A program made the position numbers and the translations under genes. Shown one piece after another: positions 26,386 to 39,904 of a stretch of DNA of 64,000 bases. The number at the start of each line of letters is the position of its first letter. Positions within the stretch are counted from its first letter, which is position 1. The notes below the pieces were generated by a model, which was not told where the DNA came from, did not search any database, and was given only the letters and a program-made list of their open reading frames with translations. The stretch comes from Lama glama (taxonomy: Eukaryota): positions 65,844,001 to 65,908,000 of the forward strand of contig CM052822.1 of the NCBI GenBank assembly GCA_028534125.1, in the 5' to 3' direction.

Positions 26386-27959
26386 CTGCAATGATGAACA
26401 AAGGTAGAGCTAAAGTTGTGCATAACCAGGCAAGAAGAGAAAAATAAAACTTAAAGCCAGACACCTGTCTCGGGGGCAAGTCCTGGGAGAAAGATCAGAC
26501 ATGACTCAAGGTAGGGCTGTCTATGTAGAAGGAACAAGGGATTTTTGAATTAATTTTTCAGTGAAAGTTCAACTCAAATGATACTCCCAAGAATTTTAAG
26601 TAGTTTAGGAAACACAGGATAGAAAAACAAATACAAATTATTAAATGAGAGCCATTCTTGCGGATGCTGTAATAAGAGAACTGACTTAAGCTGAGGGATG
26701 CACTTTTGTTAACAGTTACACAGAGTGATTCACTAAGCGAAAAGAGAAAGTAAATTCAATTCGAAGCATCGTGTCTAAACTTCTTAATCAGTGGATGCAC
26801 TTTTCTTCAAGAATTTACGTTCAGTATATTAATACTACAACTTAAAATGAGTAAGTTAACTTGTTTACCCTTCACTTATTTTCAAAAACTATAAATTTTT
26901 TACCAAAGTCACATAAGCAATAAGTCAGTTATTCTCAACCCAGAAGAAAAAGAAAAATAAACATGTGTGTGTCTGTGTATTTTTCAGTATGAAGATTCCT
27001 ATTTAGTCTATCAAATCTTATGTCTTTAATATGACTGTGAAATTCGCAGACACAGACACAGACACACGCAAACTTAAGCTTTCCTCCCCAGGGTCCTCTA
27101 GGTCTTGGGCTGTTGCTGCTACAAGCCGAGCAAAGGAAAGAATAGAGTCTGTAGCCTAAAGTCCTGCATTAAAACTACAAAATTAACAGGATTTTCAGGC
27201 TTGGGTGCAACATTAGAACAATTAGAAAAACATATGGAAAATGCTAGAAGGCAAATGGTGGCCCTTTCACTTTTCCTTCTGCAACTCAGAATGGAAGACA
27301 AACACTAAAGTAAATAGAGAGGTAAACTGATCTCAGCCTGGATAATGTTTCCAGATAATTATCAGGTTTCCCCTCCAGACAGAAATGCACCTCTCTTCTA
27401 TCAGAAATAAGTGTTTAAGCCTCCAGGTTTCAAAAGTAAGTTCATTGCAGGGCTTCATATGCCCCTTGATCAGTAAGATTTTTCTGCTGGACTAGAGTGA
27501 GGCTCTTGCCCCGTTGAGAGAAAAATGAAATGAGAGGAAGAGTCGGAGGGAGAGCAGGAGAGATATTAACAGAGAGAGCAAGAAATCGGATTGCCTGGCT
27601 GTCTGCTGGGAATAAAGGATGAACCCTTCCGTGGAAGGCTGAGTCAGAGCATGTAATGATTCAGAGGCCACATCTGCCCTTAGAAGTGGTGACAACTAAC
27701 CGGAGAATAGGCAGCTAAGCGCATAGAGCGATGCCAAAACCACGTCTCACTCTCCTGGCTGCAAATTTGAGAATGTCCAGTTCCCGCACTTAAACAGAAC
27801 ACCAGCCCTTAGTAATGACAGCAAGGGCGGGAGATCCTGCCAAAAGCACAGATACGTTCATTTCTACCATTTATGTTCTTTTGGCTGCAGTCCTAACCCA
27901 TGTCCCAGCAGCCACTGAGAGCTATGGGGAACATCTGGTCACCATCCTCTAAATAACGT

Positions 27960-28560
27960 CACAATCTAGTCTGTTATTAAGTTCTTATTCATATTTTCCA
28001 GGAAAAATTGCCCCAATTTCCTACATGTCTCTTCAAAAATCCATTTTCAAAGCCCTTTAATTATCTGGATTAATGTTCCCTGGCTCCACCAAGAAGTCTT
28101 TTCCATTCCTTAAGCTGTTGGGAAGAGAATTATAGATTTCTGTTGAGGGCCTAAGCATTCCAAGTTTCGTGGGGACGGGACCTTAAAATTTCCATATGGT
28201 ACAGTTCTTTGTACGTTAGCTATTTTCTATTCCATTTCTGTCAGTCAAAAACATCAGAAAGACATCTTATATCCCAAGATGATACCTGTTTGAACAACAC
28301 TGTGATGTTATGAACTCAAGATCAATTGAGCAATCATGATATCTACTAGAAAACTTACAATTTCTCAATTAAAGTTTAGGTTAAAAAAAAAACAACCTGG
28401 TGATAAGACAGAACATGTCTGAACCAATTTTAGCCAAATAAGAAACTTGAACATCTTTCAGAATTGGTCAGGATCATGGTACTAATAAATTAATGCGCAT
28501 TCGTTTGATATAAAATGACACTGGGTTTTAAAGCTGAAACAATTAGGAAATCTTGGCCTC
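27960..28560 (-). mobile_element. Possible CR1/L3 fragments
   Basis: Minus strand ATC CTG ACC AAT TCT GAA (ILTNSE) and GGT TCA GAC (GSD) resemble CR1 endonuclease motifs; highly degenerate. Confidence 0.3.
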
Positions 28561-28584
28561 CATCAACGGCATAATCCAACGTAG

Positions 28585-28727
28585 CAGGGATGTTGTTTAA
28601 AGCACAGATGGTTGGACCTTAACCCTGCATCTACTTAATCAGAATCCCTGGGGATGGAGCCTTGTGATCTGTGTTTTCGGAAGGCACCCCCGGAGATTCT
28701 TATGCAACATAAGTTTGAAAACACTGC
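28585..28727. mobile_element. MER5-family MITE
   Basis: acttaatcagaatccctggggatggagcc...gattcttatgcaacataagtttgaaaacactg. Confidence 0.7.
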
Positions 28728-29393
28728 CATAGAAGTGGAAAGCAATATGAAGCAAGCAGCTGCTTTGCAACCTATCGCAGTTATCTGAAACTGAGGCCAG
28801 CACGTAAAGCCAAATGCTCCTAGGAAGCTCCACACGAGCATCAGTACAACTCTGTCCCTTGGTCTGTCTAGGTTTAAATAAAAGTTTAATCACTAGAGGA
28901 AAACACGAAGTCACATAATTATTCAGGCATTTTCGCATCCCAGCCGAGGGATGAAACTGGCTTAGTTCATGCTTCTTAAACATCAGAGATATTTGATATC
29001 AGACCATTAATCTCAGGAGGTTATCTTTCTATTGAAAGACCACATGCCTGATTCTTCAGACCATATGGTTTTTCTTAATCTTCTCGTAGGGTAAGAGTTT
29101 GCAATGAATTTGAAAGATTAGAAAATCAATATATATCTTTCTGGTGTGGAAGCTGAGGACCCAGAACAGCTCTCTGTGCTGTGGAAGCAGATAGGAAATC
29201 TTGGTCTTTAGAAGTCTAAGGGCAGGATCTTTGGGTCGTGTCATACTCATAGTCCTAATAGCCATAAACTCAAACACGACCCTGTTACCTCACAGGAAGG
29301 AATCAGCACATGACCCTCTAGCCAGGAATGTATTTCCTGCCGCTCAGGCAGATACCCCAGGGTTCCTTTCTGCTGAAGAAAGAGCTCTCTAAC

Positions 29394-29531
29394 CTTACAT
29401 ACGCCATCTTCAAGTTCTTCTGGGGGCAAGTCAGGGTTTCTTTCCACGTGGAGGTTCCAGCGATCTAGCTGTACAATTGTCCCATCTTCTACTTGGCAAA
29501 GGATCTTAGAAACAGGTTCATCAGTGTAGCC
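29394..29531 (-). CDS. DGKI: DGKI exon 7: [46 protein letters not shown]
   Basis: atcccttag|GGC ... AAG|gttaga; 138 nt, phase 0-0; LDRW motif. Confidence 0.95.
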
Positions 29532-30214
29532 CTAAGGGATTAAAGAAAAAACACACACATTGCCATCGGGAGTAGCGAACAGTATGGCCAAGGGGACTTC
29601 GTGCAAGGCAGAGCCCTTCTGCTACGGCTCTCTGTTTATTTTGCAATTAGCAAGGCTGGAAGAGTAAACTGTTTTCCTCTAGGTACTTAGATTTTTAAGA
29701 CAAGAGTCACAAGTAATGTGCACAGAAATACTAACCCTAGCTGGTCTGAGCTGAAGAATTGCTTTAGCCAGGACCGAGAACCAGTTGTTGCCAGTAGGCA
29801 TCTGAGGGCCAAGCTGGATGGCTATTTTCATCAGAGTGAAAACAGGTCTCCCCAGGCTCCCCCACTAGAGAAATTTGACGGATACAAAGAACAAGTGTGT
29901 GTGGAAAAGGGGGAAAAGAATCAAGGTGGCATCTGACAGACAATTTCTTCCTTTGACATTCCATTTCACTCACCTCTCCCTAACTTTGTAGTGAAACACC
30001 ATTCCTTCTGTGACCTCAGGCAAGTCTGACTGAGGAACAGCCCTGGTAGGGAGCTACTTACTCCTTGAGCACACGTTACAGACAGTGTGATTACTAAGGA
30101 TAAGCAAGTCACTGATGTGGATAAGAGGAATTCATACGATAATACATTAGCTGCTTTATATAAACATATTTCTTATTTATGCAACATACACTTCACACAC
30201 ACACAAAAAAAAGG

Positions 30215-30332
30215 CCTGTGGGAGGCTAATTCACCCAAAATAAACAACTGCTAATATCTGAACATAAGTGTCACCTATGGGACGTTAATTCATCCAAAAG
30301 CCAAGTTAATATCTGCTAATATCTGAAGATAA
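30215..30332. repeat. Imperfect tandem duplication, period about 59 bp
   Basis: cctgtgggaggctaattcacccaaaa...ctgctaatatctgaacataa / cctatgggacgttaattcatccaaaa...ctgctaatatctgaagataa. Confidence 0.75.
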
Positions 30333-31003
30333 TTTTCATGGAGCATAGCCCAGGTAATGGTCTCTTATGAGCAGATAAAAAGCTCGCATGACAGCAAATG
30401 TTAGCATATTGTGTCTTCTTACTTTGTTAGTACTGTAAAAATAGCAGTAATAATACTGTAGAAATAATGATGGTGATGATGAAACAACTGGCAGTGCAGG
30501 TAAACTCCCTTCAGTACGTTTGCCTGAAGTTGGCTCCATGGTGAAAAGGACAGTTGGCTACCTGCACAGCCAAAACCATGACGACACTGTCCAGGAAAAC
30601 CAAATGCTCAAACAAAGCCATAACTCTTCTGAAGTAAGGACTCTAAGTCTGCACCAGCTTCGAGAGTCTGGCCAGGGCTGAGCCTCAGGAGCAATTCAAG
30701 TCTCTGTGACTGTTTAACATGAGGATTTGAGGCCAACCCACCCTCTGAGTTTTAGTGGATACCTCAAAAAGCCCCAGGCCTGTGTACTAACCCCCATTTT
30801 TTCCCCCTAAATCTTTCCCTTCTCTAGCTGACTATAAGTTCAAACTGAAGAAGTTACCAGATCAAACCATGGTTCACAGGGACCTTGACTCTCAACTTCA
30901 ACTTATTTCTTGGACAACAGTGGCATATTCCTCTTCCATTAAATCACCTGAGGATTTGGGGAACCCTGTTTCTTGATGACATGCCCCTGAGAGCAGCTCT
31001 TAC

Positions 31004-31117
31004 CCCTCCCCAGTTGAGAGTTCGAGCCAGGTCGTTGCCGGTCCCCAGAGGAAGGACCCCGACGGGAGGCTGAGGGCTCAGCTGCAGCTCGTCCAGAATG
31101 GAAAGGATCCAGCCCAC
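31004..31117 (-). CDS. DGKI: DGKI exon 6: [38 protein letters not shown]
   Basis: gcctgtag|GTG ... GGG|gtaaga; 114 nt, phase 0-0; [14 protein letters not shown] signature. Confidence 0.96.
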
Positions 31118-31469
31118 CTACAGGCATTGTGGGGGCCAGAAGAGATATGAGACAGACAGATAAGTTACAAAGAAGACAACCTGAGAAGAGGAGGCTTTAA
31201 AGGGAGCAAAATAGAATAGTTTTAGTTTTCTTTAAAACATGCGTGTTTTAATCCAGTGACCAGGGAACACAAAGACCCCTTAACTCAAGCAGTTTCAAAA
31301 TGGCAGCTCTCTTCTAGGGAAAAGAACTATTTTGCACATGCTCTATCATATAAGCAAAACCAGACCCATTCAGCTGTATGTCTAACTAGAGAGCTGCTTT
31401 AAAAGTCAGAGGGTTTAAAATTTAGGGAAGTATATACAAAGGTTTCAGCAGAAAACGTAAGATTCAAGC

Positions 31470-31665
31470 TTAGCCTGCATTTCAATTCTGGCTCATACTG
31501 GCTTTGTGACCTTGGTTAAATTATTTAACCTCACTGAGACTCATTTATCTGTTTTTCAAAATGGAGATAATAATACCTATCTCACAAGATTGTTTATAGA
31601 TTAAACTAAAATGTGTATAAAGCCCTCAGTGTGGTGCGTGGCCCATGTAAGTACTCATTACATGG
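31470..31665 (+). mobile_element. MIR SINE
   Basis: tgtgaccttggttaaattatttaacctcactgag...aaaatggagataataatacctatctcacaagattgtt (MIR core). Confidence 0.8.
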
Positions 31666-32399
31666 TTACTCGCCCCGGTATCATCTTAGAAATTAGTAGT
31701 GTTTTCCTAAATAGCCCGATATTCCCCTTAATGAAACATTATGAAAACATAATTATGGATGGATCTAGTACTTATTGTAAGTTTAGGCAGAAAATAGATA
31801 CTTATATCCTAGAATCATATTCCTGTTTAATCTTTTTTTTTAAGATAAATAATAGTTTGGGTTTCGTCTTATAACTATTTAGAAAAATTACCCCAAACTT
31901 GGAAACAGCAAAAAGAAAGCTTGCATATCCCCACAATATCATTGTAGAGCAGTGTCACAGGCCCATCTAAGAACTTTATAAATGTAGGTTAACTGGACGA
32001 TTTCTATCCTGTAGAGGCAGAAATATCCAGAAAATCGCATTACTTTAAAGGTTATGGTTCTATTCACCCTTAAAGGCATAAACCAATTTTATTTCAAATT
32101 TAGAAAAGTTATTATAAACTACATAATCGTCTTCCTCTTTTTCTCCAGTAAATAAGCTGTATTATCTTGCTGGTTCCTTTATTAAAAAGCTAAATTAATT
32201 TTTGGACATGTATGCATTCTAAATTTGTATAAGAATTTTTAATTAAAAAAAATTGTACTTTAATAGTACATTCATTAAACACTACTATAGATAAAACACA
32301 GAACTAAGCAATTGAAATTAAAAGAGAAGTAAGCTAGACTGAGATCGGTAAGGCAGAAGGCCTGCTCTCCATGAATTTACCGTTAACAATCAGAGCAGC

Positions 32400-32610
32400 A
32401 TACTGGTTACTTTCTATGTGCTAGTCCCTGAGCAAAGTCTTCTAATGAATTATCTTACTAAACTTCAAAACAACTCCATGACAGACACGATTTTCATCTC
32501 CATTTTGTGGATAAGGAAACCAAGACTTGAAAGGTTCGGGAACCTCCTTAATGTCACATCACTGGTGTCGTGGAGCTGGCATTCAATTCAAAGTTAGGTT
32601 TGTCACACAC
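32400..32610 (-). mobile_element. MIR SINE
   Basis: atctccattttgtggataaggaaaccaagac...tcacatcactggt...ggagctggcattcaa. Confidence 0.7.
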
Positions 32611-32684
32611 CAAAGGCCACTCTCAGCCGCTCTGGTGCAGGGAGCCTTTCAATAAAGAACTAAACCCAGTTCCAGACGTGGCCT

Positions 32685-33327
32685 TGTTAGAGCAGGCAGA
32701 TAGCTAGATATGAGCAGAGAAAGGGGGACACAGGCCAAATGGCAGGAATTGGGCAGAAAGGAAGGGCACAAGCCAAATGCAGGAAAACATACATCATGTA
32801 AGCACCAGGGGTCTCTGGGCAGAGAAAGAAAAGCAGGAATCTTAGAGCTGATAAGGGGCCACACCTTTTGGCCTGGAGACCAACAAAGGTCAGAAAAGAC
32901 AGGAATTTCCAGTGTCTGAATGTAACCTTTTGCTCATTATGCCCTCATTTCAATAAAATTAGCCTTGCAGGTCAGAAGTACCCATCATGCACCGACGCCA
33001 GGACCCTTCTGATCCATACTAAGTAAGGACAAAAATCCCTCCTCCCTTTGGGAAGATGGAGTTGGGATGATAGTCAGGAAATATGACCCCAAGCCCTTCC
33101 CTTCTCAATGAATATTCCGCCCATTCATTTTTACACCCTATGTAACTAACTTGCCAAAGAAACTCAGGGCAACCACTCACCTGAGCCTGCCCGCTCTCCC
33201 CTTGAGAGTGTACTATCCATCCTTTAATAAATCCTCACTTTACTTTTTTCAACCTCTACGTCTTGTCTCTGAATTCTTTCTGGGACGGGACAAGAACCTG
33301 GAACACAGGCTGGATTCACCGGCAACA
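32685..33327 (+). mobile_element. Intact solo LTR of a class I (ERV1-like) endogenous retrovirus, 643 bp
   Basis: TGTT...AACA inverted termini; 4-bp TSD gcct at 32681-32684 and 33328-33331; AATAAA at 33226-33231; U5-like gtctctgaattctttc. Confidence 0.85.
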
Positions 33328-35439
33328 GCCTAACCGTCCCGGAGACAATGGCATGCACCTTTGGAATCTTTGGGGTGCAGGAGGAACCCTGGAAACTGCT
33401 TAATCAAATCCAGTTGACTTGCAGATTTATTAACCGTGGGGCAGAGAGGTCACGTTATGTGCTCAAGACTAAACCATCAGCAGTGGCAGCGGTGAGGTCG
33501 TGCTGGAGGTCCTGACTCCCATCTAAAACCCTTTCCCCGCCACGAAGACTGCTTCCCAGGATGTAAAACTTGCCCATTCATCAAGAAATCTCAAATTATG
33601 TTTACTTTCTAGAAAGGGATGCCACCATGTTCACCCAATATGGTCAACTAAAATCCCCGACCTATACAAGTGTCCGGAAGTCCCTCCATTCCCCCAGGCT
33701 GGGCGATTCACTTCACACGAGTCCTTAGATTCCGACCCAGCACCATTAGCGCTTCTCTTATTCACAATCCCCCCTAACCCTGCTATTGAAGTAAAAGAAA
33801 AAAGAGCTGTTCAGATGACTAGGCTACTGTTCCTGTGCTGCTAGAAGCACAGACCAAACACAGTAAAGGACGACACCCCTAACTAAACTGCAAGAAAGGG
33901 GTTTACAGAGCATTAAGAAGGACGTGAAGACTCAGAAATCCCAACCATCTGGGCTCACTGACTGCACATGCAAACAGCCCCGAGCAGAACCAGGGACTCT
34001 CAGAAATGCAGTGAAACGTACTGGAAATCTAACCCAACATCCCACACAGAGCAGGGGGAAGAAGGCAGTCTCTTTAACAAACTTCTCTGAGAGTCAAACG
34101 TGCAGCCTCCCCTTTAGGATTTGTACTCACAAGTCAGCCCATTTTCTTTCAGGTGGATTTAAATTGGAATTATTTTCCTTATGTTTATTTGAAATAGGTC
34201 TATCTTTTCTTGGTAAAGGTAATACTAGGAGTTCACAGTTTCAACATCCCATTTCACTCTAGGCACAACAATAGGGTAAAAAGAAATCTTCATGGGCCAG
34301 AAACAAACCAAGCAAAAACAGCAGAGGAGGCAAGGAGTTTGGCTTCTGGCTGATGATGGGGAACAAAAGTTCACCCCCTGCTGGCAGGAGACTGTGTATG
34401 AACAGGGCGGGGCTCCCTCCTGGCCAGTAGGAAAGAGGACAGAGGGGAGGGTGGAGAACCACTGCCTGAAGCCACAACCCGTAGAAAGCAGAGATGCCTC
34501 AGGGCTGTAGGGACAAAGCCCCTCTCTAGTAGCGGGGCCAGATTCTGAGCACTTGACACACCTGAAACAGCCCGACCACGTGGCCTCAGGATGGGACGCC
34601 TTGGCCACCTACAGAGAACCTGACTCGGGTCTCAGGGTCCTGGGAACCACTCAACTACTAGCAAGGGATAGTGGAAGGACGCAGAGAAAGAGGGAGAAAA
34701 GCACACAGCCAAACCACCTCCTCTGATGCTGAGCTTACAGAGAGAAGTTCCAAATCCCAGGAAGAACGCTCATACGAAGGTCAGAGATTCACTCACAGCC
34801 CATGAAACATAAACAGTGCTCAAACGACTTTGCAATAAATGTCCCATAACTCCCACGAATTGATAAGGTGTCCTCTAATAGTCCTTTGAGCAGTATAACT
34901 GTCCTCATTCAAGCCTTCTTAAGTTCTGTTCCTATTCTTTTTTTCTTGTTTCCTGAGAAGGCTGCCAAGAATCCACCTGAAATTGGGCTGCGTTTCCCCA
35001 AAATGGCAGGAGCCCTCAAGACCCTTTGATTCCTCACCATCTTCTTCCCCTCTTGCACTTGGCCTTAAGCATAAAAGGAAAACATACAGCTGATATGAAT
35101 GTAAAGGAACTTCCCCTTTCTTGTCAATTGATTTGCTCTAAAAACATGTAGAGATTCTAGCTCCTTTTTCCAACAGCCAATTAATCCACTATTTAATTTT
35201 CCCTTGAATACAAGCAGATCATCTCAGTATTTCATTACAGTGTAACACCTGTAGTCATCAAAAGCCTCCTGCCTTTCACAGCACAGATTTTTGTGTGTGT
35301 CTTGAAATTCCCACATGAACAATCACAATGTTAGTAGGCTCATAGTACTTTGACTGAGGTGGGTCTGTGTCTTTGCACAACTCCTGAATAGTTTTTCTCA
35401 TCCGAGAGCTACGTGATCACTACCCAACCACCAGCTTCC

Positions 35440-35680
35440 TGGGAAGGCAACACAGCACAGGGGTGCAGGGAAGGCACACAGCCGGAGGGAGCCCAGCTGG
35501 GTCTGAAGCTCTGCTCCATCACATACTGGCCGGGTGAGTTCAGGCAAGTCACTTAACCTAAGTTCCCCATTATGTGAAAAAGGATAACTCTTAGGAGTAT
35601 TTTATCAATTAAATAACATGTAGAAACTGTTTAGCATGTGCCTGACAATGAGGAAATACTGAATTAACAGTAACTGCTAT
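35440..35680 (+). mobile_element. MIR SINE
   Basis: caggcaagtcacttaacc..., ttaaataacatgtagaaactgtttagcatgtgcctgaca. Confidence 0.7.
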
Positions 35681-37094
35681 GATGGAGTTGTATTTTCCTT
35701 CTTTCTTTACTTCACCCATAAAGGTCCAATTCCCTAGAAGCAAAATGCCTTCCTTCTTCCTGTCTCTCCACTTAAAGTTGAGCCTCAAGTTCACAAATCA
35801 ATTCCACCTTTGATTGCCCTCGAGTCATGAAGTCTTTCTTTCATAGACGATCAAAAACAGTAATAGCCAAGCGGTACCGCAGCAGAAAAGTGCCAGAGAG
35901 AGAGAGAGAAACTAACAGCAGGAGATATAAAAGACCGTGAGCAATAATCTGTGTTTCTGCCCCTAGGAGAGCGAAGCTGTATAAAAGCCCTTACGGCCCA
36001 AAGCTGTTACTGGGGGCTCTCCCTTCCCGGGAACCAGAACCTGCCCCTGAAGTCCAGACTGCAGGTTCGCGGGCAGAGGCTGCGTTTGCTGGGGCTTTCG
36101 CATTACCCCAAGCCATCTCCCCCAGCTCACCCAGCACCCCTTCAGTTAAAATTAATTAAATGCAACACACAGCACTTGGCATATTTTCCACCACAACAGA
36201 GGAAAATGATCTGGATTGGGCAAGGTCATTTTCCTGTCTTTGTGTTAGGAAAAGCAGGGCTGCCTGTCTAGAACACCAGGGTCCCGGGCTTTGACCCTGG
36301 GCAAAGCCGCCCAGCCGAGTGGCTGCAGCCGTTGGCCAATGCTGCCACCACCTGGCCGCGTTCAGCTGTCACCACCACCCAGTGTTCCCCAAGTGCACGT
36401 GGGGCAATGTTTGCATTCAGCAGTCTGCAAAGATTAGAGCTGGCTGAGGGGCAGAGAGGACCCTGCACTGACATTTTCTTTGAACACAGCCGATGCACGT
36501 GACATCTTCTCACATTATCTGCAGGCAGAAAAGGGACGGGTACTCATGTGGAGAAATCAAAGGAAAACGAGGGCACCATTTCTGAATTCGCAAAGATAAC
36601 TGAAACGCAGCATTTGACAACTGGCTGTCCCTTCCTAACGTCCACTACGGCTCTCCCTTTTGATATTTTTATATTTGCATTTAGTAGTTTACGAAGTCAC
36701 TTTGTGTTAAAAGAAATGCTGAAAATCAGCCCTAGAGAAATGGAGATAAAAGTCAAGGTCTGAGCTTTTTGGAAACAGAATGTAGATCTAGACTGTCCGT
36801 CCCCTCATTCGCAGGGAGGGCTGCTGGGGGTGCACGGGGCTTCTTGAGAGGGGCTGCGACATGGAGACCTGAGGGAGAGGGGGCGTGCAGAACTATCTGC
36901 TTGTCTTTGTCAGTTAAAGGGAAATAATTCTTTCCTGCTGTGGCTGTGCTAAGGCAGGGCACAGGGTGCTTAGTTTTCTCAGCCTAGAGATCAAAGATGG
37001 GGCCAGCCCTTAGGGTACCTGCAACGATGTGACAACCCTGGAACCATGCAAACCAGTTACGAAGAGACTACACCTGGACGGTCCCCTGTAGCCA

Positions 37095-37350
37095 CCACCG
37101 GCACCACATGGTGACGGAGTGATCGAAGGTGGCTGATCCAAATCTGAGTGGGGTAAGTTTAAAATACATGCTGGATTCTGAAGACAGTACAAATTAAGCA
37201 CAAAATATCCCCTTAATGACTTTATATTGATTGCATGTTGAAATAATAGCTTGGATATACAGGTTAAATAAAATATATTATAAAATTAATTTCACCTGCT
37301 TCTTACTTTTTTAAAGTGTCTTTTAGAAAACTTAAAAAAACATGGCAAGT
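37095..37350. mobile_element. MER3/MER33-like hAT MITE
   Basis: tatattgattgcatgttgaaataatagcttggatata...aaaattaatttcacctgcttcttactttttt. Confidence 0.7.
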
Positions 37351-37548
37351 TCCCTTGAACAGCAATGGTCTACACTAATATAATGCCACAGCTGCAAAGA
37401 CCCTTAGGGATCCAAATGTATCCCCTTTCAGATTTAGAACATCTCAAAAGATGTTAAGGAACCTGTCAAAAGCCACAGCAATAATGGCAGAACCACCTCT
37501 TCCACCTCCAAGTGCATATTGGGAGACGGACCACTCTGCCTCCTTGCA

Positions 37549-37632
37549 TTTTTTTTTAATGGAGGTACTAAGGATTGAACCCAGGACCCCATGCACACTA
37601 AGCATGCGCTCTACCCCTGAGATATACCTCCC
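37549..37632 (-). mobile_element. tRNA-Ala-derived SINE (Vic-1-like)
   Basis: ttttaatggaggtactaaggattgaacccaggacc...ctaagcatgcgctctacccctgagatatacctccc. Confidence 0.88.
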
Positions 37633-38880
37633 TACCCTCTTTGCACATTTAATAGCATAAAAATAAAGAAAGTAATATTGAAGCCTAAGAATGTTTTCCC
37701 AAATTACTGCAAGATGTCTCTATATTAAATAATACTTTGTACACAAACTAATGTGATTAAGGGTTAAAACATCCTCATCCTAACCAGTCAAGAAGATTCC
37801 ATTTCTGATTCCTCCTGTAATCCTGTCACTGTACCGCCCGAATTCTGACAGCCTCTGCAGTGATGGGTGCCCTCACTAAATAAAGGCCGATCACCTGAAG
37901 TCAAATATATACCCGGCACTCAGGAATTATCCTTCACCTGCCTAGAGACAACAGTTTTTCTTCATGAATCCCATCAGAGTGCCGCCTCTTTATACAAACT
38001 CTGCCCCTACTCAAAATGAAAAGTTTCATATGTTAAACTGATAAAATTAAAAATATCAATCACATATCTCGATACGTATTTCATAAATCCCATATAGCTT
38101 TCGAAAAACACCTTATTTCAATAAGGTAAAAGAAAATAAAACCTGCTTCTACATACGGTATAAGATACACCAATTTTTGATTCTGGGCAATTGGACCACA
38201 GAGGTTATCACTGACAAAAATAATTAGTTCAAAAATATGCACCAACTCTAGGGGAAATGGACTATTTTTCACGGGTGTTGTAAGAGATCCAAGCATCAAC
38301 ATCTAGTGCAGTTTTGAGTTACGTAGAAGAATGTGAAACCCAAAGTCAGGAACATAGATACTGTACCAATGAGGAAAAGATACCTAGAACATAAATGAAA
38401 AGTTATATTTAGCCTTGTGGAATACCCACTAATTACGGTATATTTAAAGAAGAGATGCTGGAAAAGAGGGGGTAAGGGAAGGAGGAGAACCAGGTAGTCT
38501 ACCTGTCAAGAAGGTGACATTAAAGGCACCAGAGAGTATTTAGAGAGATTCAGCGCTATAATTTGATATGGTCATTAGAACTCATTAGCGTGGTACCAAG
38601 TCCCGCCCACTCTGGGTTTCGTCCCTGATGCTCTATTGAAACTGTTTTCTTGAAAACCACCAGTTACTTCCTAGTCTCCAAATCAGTAGTCCTTCAGTCT
38701 CTTCTTAAGGATATAATCACTACCTCTGTCTTGAAACTCCTTTTTGTCTTTTTCTTGATATAATAGTCTACCGGTGGTCCTTCTGCTTTTTTCTTTTCAT
38801 TTCCCTTTTGAGAACTCTTGGCTCTGACTCCATAATGACAGACACTTCACACGTGTCTGGTCTCAGCTCTCTTCTCTCTT

Positions 38881-38936
38881 TGTCCTTTATGCTTTGAATT
38901 CCCATGTTTGTCCTTTCTGCTTTGAATCCCATGTTT
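38881..38936. repeat. Tandem duplication of about 28 bp
   Basis: gtcctttatgctttgaattcccatgttt / gtcctttctgctttgaatcccatgttt. Confidence 0.75.
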
Positions 38937-39904
38937 CCAAACACTTTTCCTAATTGCAGAGAATGCCTCAGTACCACGTAACCCACAACACTGCTTCCTA
39001 CACATACCTGCTGAGTGGAGGAAAGGAAGACAGCAATGGGGACAGAGAGAGGTGAGAGGAGGTGCATGGGTAACAGGGAAGTCTGGAAGGTGGACACCTA
39101 ATCCATGGTGAAGCCCAAGGTATGGAGGTAGAACAGGCCACCAGTGTGGATCTGAGGTAACGGTGACTTAAGAGGAAGAACTATGATTTCAGGACCCCAG
39201 CCACATCCCCATGGTCAAACATTTTTAGAAAAGATTGGGTTAAACCAAGTCAAATAGGTTTGGCTTCTCTGCTGTAAGACTTTACACGAATCTTATAAGC
39301 TAATAACATATACTAGAATCTCGAAGAATACTGAAAATGTTTTCATCTCCACAGAAAATCTTAATGGACCAGTGGAATCATTGTTTTTTTTTTTCCTGGT
39401 TGTGTTTATTACTATATAATGTGTATCCAGTACTACATAAGGGCTCGTGTGCTATGAAGGATAAAATTAGAAGATTTCATTGCTACCTTTGAGAATAAAA
39501 CATCCTAATTAGGAAGATTAGAGAAAAGACAAAGATAGCTCATAATAAAATCCTAAGAGATCATACTCCAAATACAGAAGTAAAAAGACTGGACAGCAAA
39601 ATCTAAATGTCACGATTCTCAATGATTTGTCTTTGCTAACTGTATCAGCCAAGTAGAGGGTAAACTGAGAAACAGATGAGACAAACGAGGGAAAATACAC
39701 CTGTGATAGTCAACTTCAGGCTAGTTCTACCTTTTCTTCAAAAATGACTACAAAGGGGAGCAATCAGAGATCTTTAAGGCAAACCAATGCTGGTCAGGAT
39801 GCCAAGGTCTATTTCCACTATTAAAAAAGCAAAAAGCAGTGATTCAATTGTGTACACGCACTTCTCCTCCATAGCTGGGACCAATTATTAAGAACAAATG
39901 GACA

